DNA of 64,000 bases from Tubiluchus corallicola (lineage: Eukaryota; Animalia; Priapulida): assembly GCA_030141605.1 (NCBI GenBank), contig JAQGDQ010000063.1:558001-622000 (forward strand). Direction: 5' to 3'. The notes beneath the pieces were generated by a model, which saw only the letters and a list, made by a program, of their open reading frames with translations, searched no databases and was not told the DNA's origin. A program made the translations under genes and the position numbers. Shown here piece by piece: positions 1-52,000 of this stretch. Position 1 is the stretch's first letter. Each line of letters opens with the position of its first letter.

Positions 1-174
1 AAGTGTTTTTAATGGTTGAAGGAAAACAGGATGATTCTTCGTACCTAACCCATTTTGATATATGGTATAATATATACAAATAATTATTTGTAATAATAAT
101 AATAATAATGTAATTATAATAATTTATCACAGAGTGTTTGTAATAATAAAATAATATGTTAAAAACTTATTTAA

Positions 175-565
175 TGGTGGACAAGCCTAACTGGTGATGA
201 CAGCACAATTGAACATAATTTTCAACAGCACAAACATTCCACGAGCTTGTCGCATATGTTTGCGAAAATTAAAATTAAACCGTGGTGCTACTTAAAAAAT
301 GTGATGCACAAAAACTCCTGTTTTGAGTTTAGAATACAGCACCTGTTTTTGTGTAAAGCATTTCTTAGATGCAGGCGCTATTGTCCATCTAACTAGCGAA
401 TGGCAAAATGCAGATAACAGAGAAGAACTAACTGTACTCTGAACATGAAATTGCATTTCTGTTGTAAAAAATTGTTTCATTTAAGTCATTCTTGAAAAAA
501 CAGTGGGTTCCCTTTATAAGGTATATTGTTTTGAGCTATAGTCTAAGATTGGACCCAGTTTTCCT
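175..565 (-). mobile_element. TTAA-flanked MITE (Kolobok/T2-like), inverted copy of the 17499/17952 family
   Basis: TTAA at 171-174 and 566-569; the reverse strand starts AGGAAAACTGGGTCCAA and aligns with the copies at 17499-18423. Confidence 0.75.
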
Positions 566-2254
566 TTAAATGTACTTCATAGTTGTTGAGATTGAATCTT
601 TCAGTTTTTTCTCTTTATAACTCTACATATTTAATAAGAATGTAATTTGTCAATGCTTCTGGTTACTGAGGTATTTGTGTTTAAAACTGGCACTTTCACC
701 TGAAAGCAAAAGTGGTCTGAAAGAGTAACACATCTGTGTTTTTTGCAATCCGAAATTTCTTGTCACATTGACATTTCACACATAACATAATAAGCTACAG
801 TTAGGCATATTATTAATTCATAATACAAATTAATAAAAGAGTCCTAAGTTGAAAATAAGACAGACGAAAATGAATTTAAAATCCATTCTCTCGATTATTA
901 TTCACTTTATTCCTCATTAAAATGCATTGACATATATTTTAAAATCAGAAAGCCAGAAGTCATTTGCACACATATAGAATTAAATTATTTAAAAATTTGA
1001 AATCTAATCTAACACTAAAATCTAAAATCTTAAAGGATCATAATTAAAAGGTTTGAAAATATTAACTTGAGATTCACAAGCAGGATAATACATTTAGCTT
1101 GGATGTTGAATTGTTTTCCAAATATTTACATGCAACAGATACAAATGTCATGTGAAATCTATCTTTCTATTCTGCATTTAAAGCTTTCTTATTATTATGC
1201 AGATTTAGCACATTAAAAAGTTTTGAATTTTTTTAATGAGAATGATGGTGCAGGTGGGAGGGTTTTTTAACTTGCAAACTATCTGTGTTACTGAATTTCT
1301 TATACGACTAGTAAATGAAAGAGTATACTATAGTAATAAGTAAACAATGTTATTTGTTTAATAAGGTTTTTAATAATAATAATCTTTAATGATTTTGTAA
1401 CACAGAATTTTTATCAAAAATGTAAAATGAAACGTGCAGTCTTTTTTCAAAATGGAATTTGAAAAAATAGATACGTAGAAAATAACAGAGGCATGAAAAA
1501 GTTAAATACTGAATTTATATAAATAAGTCATATGTACATTATTTGGAAATTTACAAGTAATAGACGTGTGATTATCATCATTGTAAAGAATTCAAAACTA
1601 TCCTTGATAGTTGGATATAATGAAATAGGCACAGTAAAATATACTATGAGTACTGTAACATAGAAGTAATTCTTAATGACAAAAATTACCTATTAATCAT
1701 GGATATTAAATATGCATATTAATTATGCATACAGCATTAATTTTTTAATTACTTATTATCTTGCAGCCGTGAAGCTAATTAAGTGCTTATTGTTTCATTT
1801 TTATTGTACTGTATCTTCAATTTATTGGACCTATTCAGTTTCTCATAATCATGATAACATAATTTTATCAAATTTATAATTTCATAATTCAAAGTAACAA
1901 ATGAACTATGAACTGTGAACTCTGAATTTTATTTCACACATCAAAAAATACAATATCAAGCATATCAGTAAATTTAAAATAAAATAATTTGAGTAGTGCG
2001 AGGTCAATGTACCATACGGTCATTAGCACACTCACCTTACTTAAATGAAAAAATGATTATAATTATGCATGCTTCTGTAGATAACTTGACAATATAAATA
2101 AGGATGTAAATAATGAAGCAGTAATAATTACATGTTTATATGATAATGTATATCGTTAATTGCACAGAAGAGTACCATAATGATCCTTTAAAGCTGTCTG
2201 TTAGTATGGAGAACTTTATAATATTCAAAATCAATATACAGAGTAAGTATATAT

Positions 2255-2460
2255 TCGTACATACATACTTATATACATACATACACATGTGCACACATAC
2301 ATATACACATACGTATATACGTACACTCATGCAGACGTGTATATAAACACACACACACGCATGCATACATACACATATGTATGCATGCAATCATACTTAC
2401 ATATTTCTTACTTGTATATACAATTATATGCATATGCACATATGTGTACCCATATGTAAG
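2255..2460. repeat. Degenerate (CATA/CA/TA)n microsatellite
   Basis: Visible low-complexity tract. Confidence 0.85.
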
Positions 2461-4209
2461 TGGGGGAGAAGAGATTAAATTATATATATATACTTGTAGT
2501 AATAACTAAAATTGTATATAACATTTAAATGCAACTGATTGTAGTAATGTAGCCATCATAACCATTAAAGATGGGCTATGGGGGGGGGTGGCAAATTATA
2601 TGAATATAAGTGATTCATTAGCAAAATGAATGCTACATTTATACATTCAAAATTTTTTGCATAATGTGGAAAATAATGTTGATTATACGTGGGCAAAGAG
2701 AGGTTATATTATAAGTCGTTATAACCACATTATTTTGTTAAATATGGCTATTAGGAACAATCGTAACAGCAATCGCAATACCATAATATGCATATAATAT
2801 TATGAATAATGAAGGGAGAGGGGCATTCATTGGCAAAGAGTAATTCTTAATCAAATTTAAATCTAAAATAATATATTCGATTGTACTATGTGAAAGATAA
2901 TGTTCCTTTGCTCTCATAAATTAATTGGTCAACTAATCAAGCAAATACTCTGCTGGTTATAAGCTAAGAGCATTCAAGGGCTATTTTCCAGTGGAAACAG
3001 ATACAGATATAGGCTGCGATGAATGAATAATTTCATTTTAATTGATTTATACCTTTATTAATAAAAGTAACAAAAGTCGTAAAGATACTTATTAGTAAAA
3101 AAACACTAGTGCAAAAAGACACACGTACAGAAAAAAATACTTGGTCTTCTACGCCAATGAATATTTACTAATTAAAAATACCCTATATTGTTTGATAGCT
3201 ATTTTTAAAGAAGAAGAAGAAATAATTGTCTCGGGCACACTATTCAAAATTCAATGACAAAGTAAAAGTCGGTTAGTTTATCGCTTTTGTTACAAAGGCC
3301 TTTTTTAATCTTTTTTGTTTAATGTGTAACTGGCACAGCGTAGTCTTAATTATTTACAATAGCCTAAAAATTGAATGAAAACGAGAATAACTGCAATAAT
3401 TTTAGGTAATTCTCTTCTCTTCACTTAACTAGGGTGTCATGAAAGATGACTGTTAGCTTTGATTTTAATTGTATTGATTTTCTCAATGATCACCACTTCC
3501 ATGCAATTTCAATAAGTATCACAGGATCTGTAGTAAATACTGTAATGATATGCTTGATCTGTCTGCCATCACGCATTGCTAAATTTCTTGCCGGTGTCCA
3601 GCTCCTTGTAAAACAGTTTGCCAAACTAATGGACGCGTAAATGTAATAAGAGATTGTGCTTGCTTTGAGCGTGTTCCTAGAGCCATATAAGGTAAAGCGA
3701 GCTCGTTTCACAAAGGCCCAGTGCTTGTCAATGTGTAATTATGCCCGTGAGGCGTTGCGTTTTAGCGAAAACCAACTTTTCTGGAGAAAGACGCGTCTAT
3801 GTTAAATGTTATACCAGGTGTTACTGGCCATTGTGAAGGCCTGTGAACCGGTGCGATATTTCTTGTTCTCGACCATTTTATAGAAATGACCTTGCAAAAA
3901 TTGAAAATTGTGACATTTTGATATTTTATGGCTATTTTTGCAAAAGGACGTATATTTAAGTACTATATGGACCGTTGAATATGATGGTTGGTCTGGTGTG
4001 CAAGTTTTCATTCTTATTTGCGATGGTTAGGTACGACAACTCGTTGGCCGCTACAAAAGGCTATTACTGTGTATCTGCTAACACTTACTGAAAATATCAC
4101 AGCTTCTATGTACATTTCAGTATGTTGTACATATACCCCTGTTCTCGCGACATTTATTTATTCGAAAAGGTTAATCGGAGTTACCATCAATATCTCGGAC
4201 TGTGCAGTC

Positions 4210-42824
<38,615 letters not shown>

Positions 42825-43653
42825 GAGATTTTGAGCTAAAGATCCATGAACTCGCAACCATTATTATTACATTGAAAACTGACTGTCAAATTAAATGGAA
42901 AACAAAATAATGCTGTCAGACACATATGATAAGTTAGTCAAAATTCTCTTGTCTGCGTAAACTTTTCATTCCCATCAGCTCCTATGCTCTCGAGTATTAG
43001 CTATTGCTTTATAAATGTGCTTCTGTATAACTTGGTCATATATGTTGAATGTTTGTGATAACGTTGATGAAATATTATGAACTATTTAAATACACATGAG
43101 CAGTGTGTCCTAGCATATAGGTAAGCCTGGTCTTAAGTACTTCTAGTACAGTAATATCTTTCAAACTAAAACTTGTGGTGCACTGAAGCATGTCCCTTAA
43201 TCAACTCTTTGTACTATTGCAGCTAATATTGTACTGATGTTGCTTGATAATTGTTGTGATCAGTGGGTATAATTGTTGCTGGCTTACTTCAGCTTATAAG
43301 GTGCTATTAAGTTTGATTTGAATATTTTGCTGTTTTGTACATAGTAATTAAAATAGCTTGTTCATTCCATTTTATATGTATATTTTCGTATACGTGATGG
43401 AATTGTTCTTGCTAGTAGTTTTATTTGATTACTGTATTTTACTTATTGTCATCATGTAATTTGGTTTTTCAATTTATTTACCAACAAAAGAGATGATCAA
43501 AGTTTTAATTCTTTATAACTTGGGTTCTTGATAATATCTAGGTATCATCTACATGTGTAAGGTATGGCAGGCTACTACTACTTAACAATTTATTTTCAAG
43601 TGTATCGTTTGTCTTGCAATAGCTTTTTTAAGAAATTGTTTTTGTTTTTTATG

Positions 43654-43659
43654 AATAAA
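43654..43659 (+). terminator. Candidate PPP4R1 polyadenylation signal AATAAA
   Basis: AATAAA after a U-rich tract about 830 nt past the stop; duplicated at 45321. Confidence 0.4.
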
Positions 43660-44281
43660 CAATAATTTCATTTTAGTTAAACGGACTTTGACAGAATTAT
43701 ATTCCACACTAACCCATGAAGTTTTTCAGCAGTTTAGAGCTATTCACCAACATAAACAGCTACATAACTTGTAGTTATTCACCAACTTAAAACGTGTTTT
43801 GGGATAACATAATGTAAGGAAGTCAGCTACCAAAATTCTTACTCCTTGCATAATTATAAATCCAGGAATCCATGTGTGATGTCATTAGTTATGCAAATAG
43901 AAGAGCTTGGATTTTAAGTTGCTAGCAGCACTTTGTAAGATTGTTTAAATAGTAGTTTCACTTGCTATAATCCGCTCTTAACCTTGCCAAAACTTAAAAT
44001 TTACAAATCACTGTTATACAACTTGAACAAGTTTATTTGTGAATTTACACCCGGACGTGTGAATAAAATGATACTGAATGAAACCCTGATTTACACAGCT
44101 GCAGCACTTAATTATAGAATAATACCACAAAAATAAAATACAGAAACAGGAAGAGAAGTGTCCTGCAATTAATGTTTAATCAAAGCCAGCATCTCCAGAA
44201 ATAATTTCCTAAAGAGCCAGAAATATGTTTTTGTAATAACATGGTAGATGAGATTCCATTAAAAACTGTGAGAATAACATA

Positions 44282-44408
44282 TCAAGATGATAATTTTTCG
44301 AGGTTATCATCTTCCTCACAACTAGTCACAGGGCTGTCAAGTTCAAATGACTGCAAACTGGAGGATTGGCTTTGCTCAAGTTTACATTGATGTGCAGTTC
44401 GTTTTAAT
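44282..44408 (-). other. Second copy of the CCDC102 terminal exon, created by the tandem duplication
   Basis: Same sequence as 45949-46075, with its acceptor, at offset 1667. Confidence 0.85.
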
Positions 44409-45948
44409 CTGAAATCAACAACAGCAAAACTTCCTTAAACTGGATGCTACTATAGAGCATTAGTGATCTTGTTCTCAGAATACTCACTGCCTCCGTTTTG
44501 CACCATAAAAACATTTCTTGCTATGGATAATTGATTCACAAACACTAGTAACTTGCTATATGTTGGAAATGCATTATTATACATGTTAAAAATGTATAAG
44601 TTAGTCAAAATTCTCTTGTCTGCGTAAACTTTTCATTCCCATCAGCTCCTATGCTCTCGAGTATTAGCTATTGCTTTATAAATGTGCTTCTGTATAACTT
44701 GGTCATATATGTTGAATGTTTGTGATAACGTTGATGAAATATTATGAACTATTTAAATACACATGAGCAGTGTGTCCTAGCATATAGGTAAGCCTGGTCT
44801 TAAGTACTTCTAGTACAGTAATATCTTTCAAACTAAAACTTGTGGTGCACTGAAGCATGTCCCTTAATCAACTCTTTGTACTATTGCAGCTAATATTGTA
44901 CTGATGTTGCTTGATAATTGTTGTGATCAGTGGGTATAATTGTTGCTGGCTTACTTCAGCTTATAAGGTGCTATTAAGTTTGATTTGAATATTTTGCTGT
45001 TTTGTACATCGTAATTAAAATAGCTTGTTCATTCCATTTTATATGTATATTTTCGTATACGTGATGGAATTGTTCTTGCTAGTAGTTTTATTTGATTACT
45101 GTATTTTACTTATTGTCATCATGTAATTTGGTTTTTCAATTTATTTACCAACAAAAGAGATGATCAAAGTTTTAATTCTTTATAACTTGGGTTCTTGATA
45201 ATATCTAGGTATCATCTACATGTGTAAGGTATGGCAGGCTACTACTACTTAACAATTTATTTTCAAGTGTATCGTTTGTCTTGCAATAGCTTTTTTAAGA
45301 AATTGTTTTTGTTTTTTATGAATAAACAATAATTTCATTTTAGTTAAACGGACTTTGACAGAATTATATTCCACACTAACCCATGAAGTTTTTCAGCAGT
45401 TTAGAGCTATTCACCAACATAAACAGCTACATAACTTGTAGTTATTCACCAACTTAAAACGTGTTTTGGGATAACATAATGTAAGGAAGTCAGCTACCAA
45501 AATTCTTACTCCTTGCATAATTATAAATCCAGGAATCCATGTGTGATGTCATTAGTTATGCAAATAGAAGAGCTTGGATTTTAAGTTGCTAGCAGCACTT
45601 TGTAAGATTGTTTAAATAGTAGTTTCACTTGCTATAATCCGCTCTTAACCTTGCCAAAACTTAAAATTTACAAATCACTGTTATACAACTTGAACAAGTT
45701 TATTTGTGAATTTACACCCGGACGTGTGAATAAAATGATACTGAATGAAACCCTGATTTACACAGCTGCAGCACTTAATTATAGAATAATACCACAAAAA
45801 TAAAATACAGAAACAGGAAGAGAAGTGTCCTGCAATTAATGTTTAATCAAAGCCAGCATCTCCAGAAATAATTTCCTAAAGAGCCAGAAATATGTTTTTG
45901 TAATAACATGGTAGATGAGATTCCATTAAAAACTGTGAGAATAACATA

Positions 45949-46075
45949 TCAAGATGATAATTTTTCGAGGTTATCATCTTCCTCACAACTAGTCACAGGG
46001 CTGTCAAGTTCAAATGACTGCAAACTGGAGGATTGGCTTTGCTCAAGTTTACATTGATGTGCAGTTCGTTTTAAT
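45949..46075 (-). CDS. CCDC102A: CCDC102 terminal exon (LKRTAHQ...EEDDNLEKLSS*)
   Basis: tttcag| acceptor, acidic tail, TGA at 45951-45949. Confidence 0.85.
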
Positions 46076-49000
46076 CTGAAATCAACAACAGCAAAACTTC
46101 CTTAAACTGGATGCTACTATAGAGCATTAGTGATCTTGTTCTCAGAATACTCACTGCCTCCGTTTTGCACCATAAAAACATTTCTTGCTATGGATAATTG
46201 ATTCACAAACACTAGTAACTTGCTATATGTTGGAAATGCATTATTATACATGTTAAAAATGTATAAGTAATGCTTAGCATGTCAAGTTAGGCAATGGGAC
46301 CTAAACAAAGACAAGCTGAATGATGCAGACAAAAAATGAAGTTTTTACAATGATACAGCACTCTACATCATAGCCACACTGCGATGACATCATAACTTCC
46401 CATTCAGAAAAAAACAGCATCAAAAAGTTTGGCAAAAATCTATGTGCCTCCCTGGGCAAGTCTTGATTTGAAATGTTGATCATATTTAAAAGTGGTGTTG
46501 CTTTGGCTCTCATCAACCAAATTTTATTTCTAATTTTATCGCAACAATACTAATACTAAATCTTGAACTAGATGCTAAACTGCATTAAAAAGGGCTCCAA
46601 ATTGCACACATGCATTATTTAATGTATTTATTTGCAATACATCCAAGATTTATATTATAACATTAGGCTGAACTCAAACTTTAGCATTTTATTGTTTTCT
46701 CCATTACTAGGTTTCAAAATTTAATAATTTACTCATTAAGTAATAGCTAAGCATAGTGGTAACCTATCAGTTTATTATTAAAAATAATAGTTTTTATTTC
46801 AAATAACAATAAATATCATTAATGATTTCAATTTCATGTAAAGCTCTTACTTGAAACTTTGTACATAAGGAGACAATGTTTCCCTTCTGGTTTACATTAA
46901 AATTTTGTTGGCAGTGCATCATCAACTAGCTGATAATCTCGACATTAAGATCTCTTACATTAATTAATTAATTACAGAATTATTTTACCTGGTTTGCACA
47001 TGATTCAGCTGTAACTGCAAATTTTCACATTCAGATTGAAGATCATCATTTGTCCGCTGCAGCTTACGGATTGTAGCACCTTGACTATCTACCTGTAATG
47101 TATAACATTTATTCCTTTGGCAGGATCATGTTATCTTTTTTTCATCAGATAAAAAATATACATGTAAATATATTGAATTAGGGCTAATACAAGAATCAGA
47201 TGCTATTTCTTAAAATTGAAATTTCAAAATACATATTATGTTGTAGATGTTACCAAAATTACGGTTGTGTGTGTTTCCATGCGAGCGATGTATTGATGTA
47301 ACAACGTGCACACCAACATAGGGCAAAACTGATAATGATTCACTGAAGCCTACATCAGAACTAACACATGTAATGTGAAGCATGCGAGTGAGCAATAGTA
47401 CTAACATATGTTTACATTATGAAGTCAAATGTATAGATTTGATATTTCTTGTAACCTGCACACTCGTAGGTGATGTACAAACAGTAATATGCGAGGCTGC
47501 CACTTGGTTGGTGTCTATTATTGGACTTTTCGATCTTTTTGCCAGTTGAACAGGACTTTCTGATCACCTCACTAGGCTCCTGTCTATAAACCATTAAATT
47601 ACCATTCTATAGAAATTTTTAGGCGTAGTGATAGCCGCCTTTCACTTAGTGGCTTCAAAAGAGCATCGTGGCTTTTTGTAAACGTACTTTGCTCAAACTA
47701 ATTCAAACTTTTGTAATGTTCACACAGAAATATCACAGAATTAGCCATTTAGTTTTTTGTAAAAACTTAAATATACCTTTGACAGAAATTGACAATGAGC
47801 TGATTTTTTCAGCTGACAAATGACGTCATTGGCAGAAAATGGGCATTTAAAATTGGTGCACACAAGCGTAAAGTCATTGGGATTTCAAACTGAGTTTACT
47901 AATTACAAAAGGCACTTATTGCACTTTTACTGCTAACTCTTTCTAACATTTTTGCGACCAGTAAATTAAACCCAACTTCCCAGATGGCTTGGCTTCTCCT
48001 TTAATTGTGTAGTTGTTCATTTACTGGGGGAAGAAAGGTGACCGAGTGGCGGGCTAGCCATCTGTTTTTTGTGCACTGATTCTTCCTAAATAGATGCCCT
48101 GTCTATCCAAACACTAGATACATCTGGCCAATGGGCCCTTCTTGGTAACACCTACTCCAACAACATAAGCAATTACGTAATTTCTGATAGTTCAATAAAA
48201 CTATGGCCTACAAGAAGAATTAAAGTACACTGTAGCACCTACCTCATCTTCAGAAGCTGCTAAGGAAACTTTTAACTCATCAATTCTCGTTCTGAGGTTA
48301 TTCACTTCAGATTCATATTGCTCTGCACGCCTGTTTGCATACTCTAGCTCTGTGCTTGCATCATGAAACAACTTCTTCAGCTTTGCATAAGAGTGCTTTA
48401 TATTGCTCAACTCCTACAATACAAATGTATTTGTAATTCATATTAGTTTAAAATCATTCATCGATAATATGCAAGTACTTCACACATTTTGTTTATTTTT
48501 ACGTTTAGCAATCAATGTCTATAGCCAAACCCCATAAAAAGAATTTTGGCATAAACGAACACACAGCCCACACCACAAAACTCACAACACACCGCACACA
48601 TCACACCACCAACACCATGCCAACCACAACACGCCACTAGCACCATACCACACCCACCAATCACGCCAAACCCACCACATCACATGGTGACTATAATGAT
48701 GACGACGATGATGATGGCGACGATGATGACGACACCTACAACATCAACAGCAACAACACAGCAGCATAGCGAAACCATGCAAAACATTTTGCACAAAGTT
48801 GAAATTACATGTTATGATAAATGCTATTAAACCCATCCACCAATGATCAATAATGCAGACACATTGTACATGCTGTTTGCAAACCACTCATTTTGATCGT
48901 AATAGACTACTATTATAACTGTAACATTATAACAGCCAGCAGCAGCTTTTACTGAAGCAAAATTATAGGCAGAGTACAAAGGTTGACGTCACAACAATGG

Positions 49001-52000
49001 CTTTGTGTCAGCAGTTTTCTAAGCGAGAATGACACAAAATGGAACCTCCAATCAGCTCGTCACAGGATAAGAGGTATAAGTTTCACAAAAAACGGGCAAA
49101 GAAGGGCCATTTTTGGAGTTTTTTTTGCCCTCTTCTCCCAGTGGGCCGGATTAAGAAAATAAACCAGTTAATAAATAGACGACAATAGATTGAGACCTTT
49201 TGTTTGACATATAGATCTCCACAAATGGTGCCGTCGTCGGAGCTGTAGCCTTGAATCTTATATATAAATTCTTCTGGGTCTGGCTAGTCTCTATATACAG
49301 TCTAGCCTCGTTATCTCGCCACTGTCCGTCTGGGGCAAATTTATGGCGAGAGGCGACTATGGCGAGATAACAGGAATATAACGAAGTTAGTCTATATGTA
49401 TATACATAATAGTTGATTAACATAGTGTTCCTCTTATGTACATATAAAATATATTTCGCATTATGATACCAATCAACATTAAATCAGAAATGAAAAAATG
49501 TCATAAAAATAATCTTAGAATGTTACTCTTTATTTAAAAAACCTTTTTCGAGTATACACTTAAATGCAATAAACTTAGCAAAAGATTTAGAAATGTTCAC
49601 AAATGAGTTACTGATGACTGAAATAATTCAGAAGAGACAACTGTTTCATTGATGATACACGCAAGCAGTCAACACGACATTTAATCAAACACAATCCTTG
49701 AATATCGTCGCATGTGACTCTGTCAGACTGTTCAAAGTATCGCATCAGTGTGTCGACAGCTGCTGCTGCCTGGTCATTCGATACATGAGATGCGCCATGA
49801 GACACTTCTCCGGCTAACAGTGTCACCAAATTTCGCACTAAATACAGTAACAATTTCCTGCTGTGTCTTTGAAGAATTATTCGTATGATACATACAAATT
49901 TCCTTTTTTTATTCAGGATTAAGACAAAACAGTTTTCGCTTCAGAGACATCATGTAAAGTTGCTCACACTTTGTGGAAACTCAAACTTAAACACAGCTTT
50001 GGTGTTATAGAGTAAGGATATTGGTGACGCTTTAGTTTCTCTGCGCATTAACCAACCACAGCACTCCTAATCTAATCCTGGTGAGACACACACTAGATTA
50101 ATTATGTCTGTCTATCGAGTACAGCAGCATTGTCTACATACCGCGGTTATATTGATCGACACCCGGTATATGTATTGATCGATTCACCTCTGAGTTTGTC
50201 TGTTTGGCGACATAACGCATATAGTTTACATAAGCACTCATCCCAGCATGACGTGGCGAGGGCGAGAAGCGAGGGTGGCAACTAAACGAGGTAAATATCA
50301 AAGCAGGAAATCCGTCCTTGTACTTTCTATGGCGAGAGACGAGTTTGGCGGCATAACGAGGGGCGAGATAACGAGGCTAGACTGTATTAATTTTGGAGGT
50401 ACAGGGTTTACATATATATAATATGCATTGTGAAGAATTTTAGGTTATTTTATTACTTCAGTGTTCTCTCATTCTGTAAACCCCCCTATATTGTCCTTTA
50501 CCTGCACTCATATGTATGTCTTGACTTGGCTTCTCTCTGTCATGCTCTACTGACAGAGCTAGTTTACCTGGCTAGTTGGCAGTTAGTTCTTGGCTAAGAA
50601 AGTTGTTGTTGTTTTGTCTCAGTTAAACCATTTATTTGTCAAGAGTAGTAGAGCCGCGATGTAAGCTTATTTTGATTATTCAGTCTCACTTTATTATTAA
50701 TTTCTTTGTTACTCTTTTGGCTCAAATTAGTTTGTTATATTTGTCATGATTTTTCTTACAGATAAAATGTAAAGCTACTCAAACATGAATTTTTTGACCT
50801 TGGACATCATCAAGTAGTAGTCTCTCACATGCATGCACAAATCAATGACAACTCACACCACACCAAACCTAAAACATCACATGGTGACCATGATGATGAT
50901 GACGATGATGACGACATCTACAACACCAACACCAACAGCGCAGCATCACAGCAAAACCATGCAAAACATTTTGCACAAACTTGAAACTGTGTTTTCACAT
51001 AGTTTGTGTTTGAAAATGTGTTTGTGTTCACATGTGTTTGAAAATTCTAAATAGTTTTGCTACTGCTTCTCTGATGATAATAGGCGAACAGATATAACTT
51101 ACATGTTCAATCTTCTATAACATTGTAGAATGGCGGGAGATGACAATACCTGGAGCAGTTGCACAATTTCTCAAACGCAAATACAATGGGTGTTCCAAAT
51201 AGAATGCAGAACTCCAAATAGAAACAGGGGGGTTCAAAAAATAACTTCGAAATACATCCTTCCCGTATCGTCTGATGGACATCTCTCCTAACGATACCTT
51301 CATATCTTGTAGACCGTTTCATCCTCTTTCTGCGAGTGTGCTTATTTTTTCTCAGCATGCTTAAACAGTTGCGCAAATTGAGTTTTTCTAGAGGCTGTTT
51401 GTGCAGTTTTTCACAAAATTTGGGCGCATGGGACCGGCAAAATGTAAGTTATGGGAGACAATGGCCCTCCCGCGAGTTCTAAATATGCCTACCACACTCA
51501 AAATTGAACTGGATGTCTAACCATTACTGACACTGCTCCCGGCACATTCCCATTCTCAAGAAATAACCGGTACAACTTTTGCAAATTTTTGCAAAAATGG
51601 TCAAAAAAGAGCCATTTAGGAGCTTTTCGACTCCCTAAACCCAATTCGAAAAACAAACCCCTAGTGGCAAATTTGTGGGTCGAGACTTTTCGTCTGATGT
51701 AAAGATCATTGAAAAATCATGCCGTCGTTGGAGCTGCAGTCTCGTTTGCGCATAAACCAACGAACCCACCACATTAATTGGTGATCATGATGATTATGAT
51801 GATGATGACAACTCTGACGACACCTACATCACTAACATCAACAACACAGCAGCCTAGCCATACTACAAAAATCATTTTTATACAAAATTGAAACCGGGTG
51901 CTATGACAAATGCTAGTAGACACATCAACCAATGAACAATAATGCATGAATCTTCTACACAGTTTTTGTTTATTGCTTCTCAGATGATAACATACTAACA

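Larger units (their letters stand above)
42929..46262. repeat. Near-identical tandem duplication, 2 x 1667 bp (42929-44595, 44596-46262)
   Basis: Direct comparison by eye; one difference seen (A43343 vs C45010); ATAAGT microhomology at the junction. Confidence 0.95.

Noticed and set aside
2136-2390. CVCM/HTYT-rich ORFs
   Set aside because: Low-complexity microsatellite.
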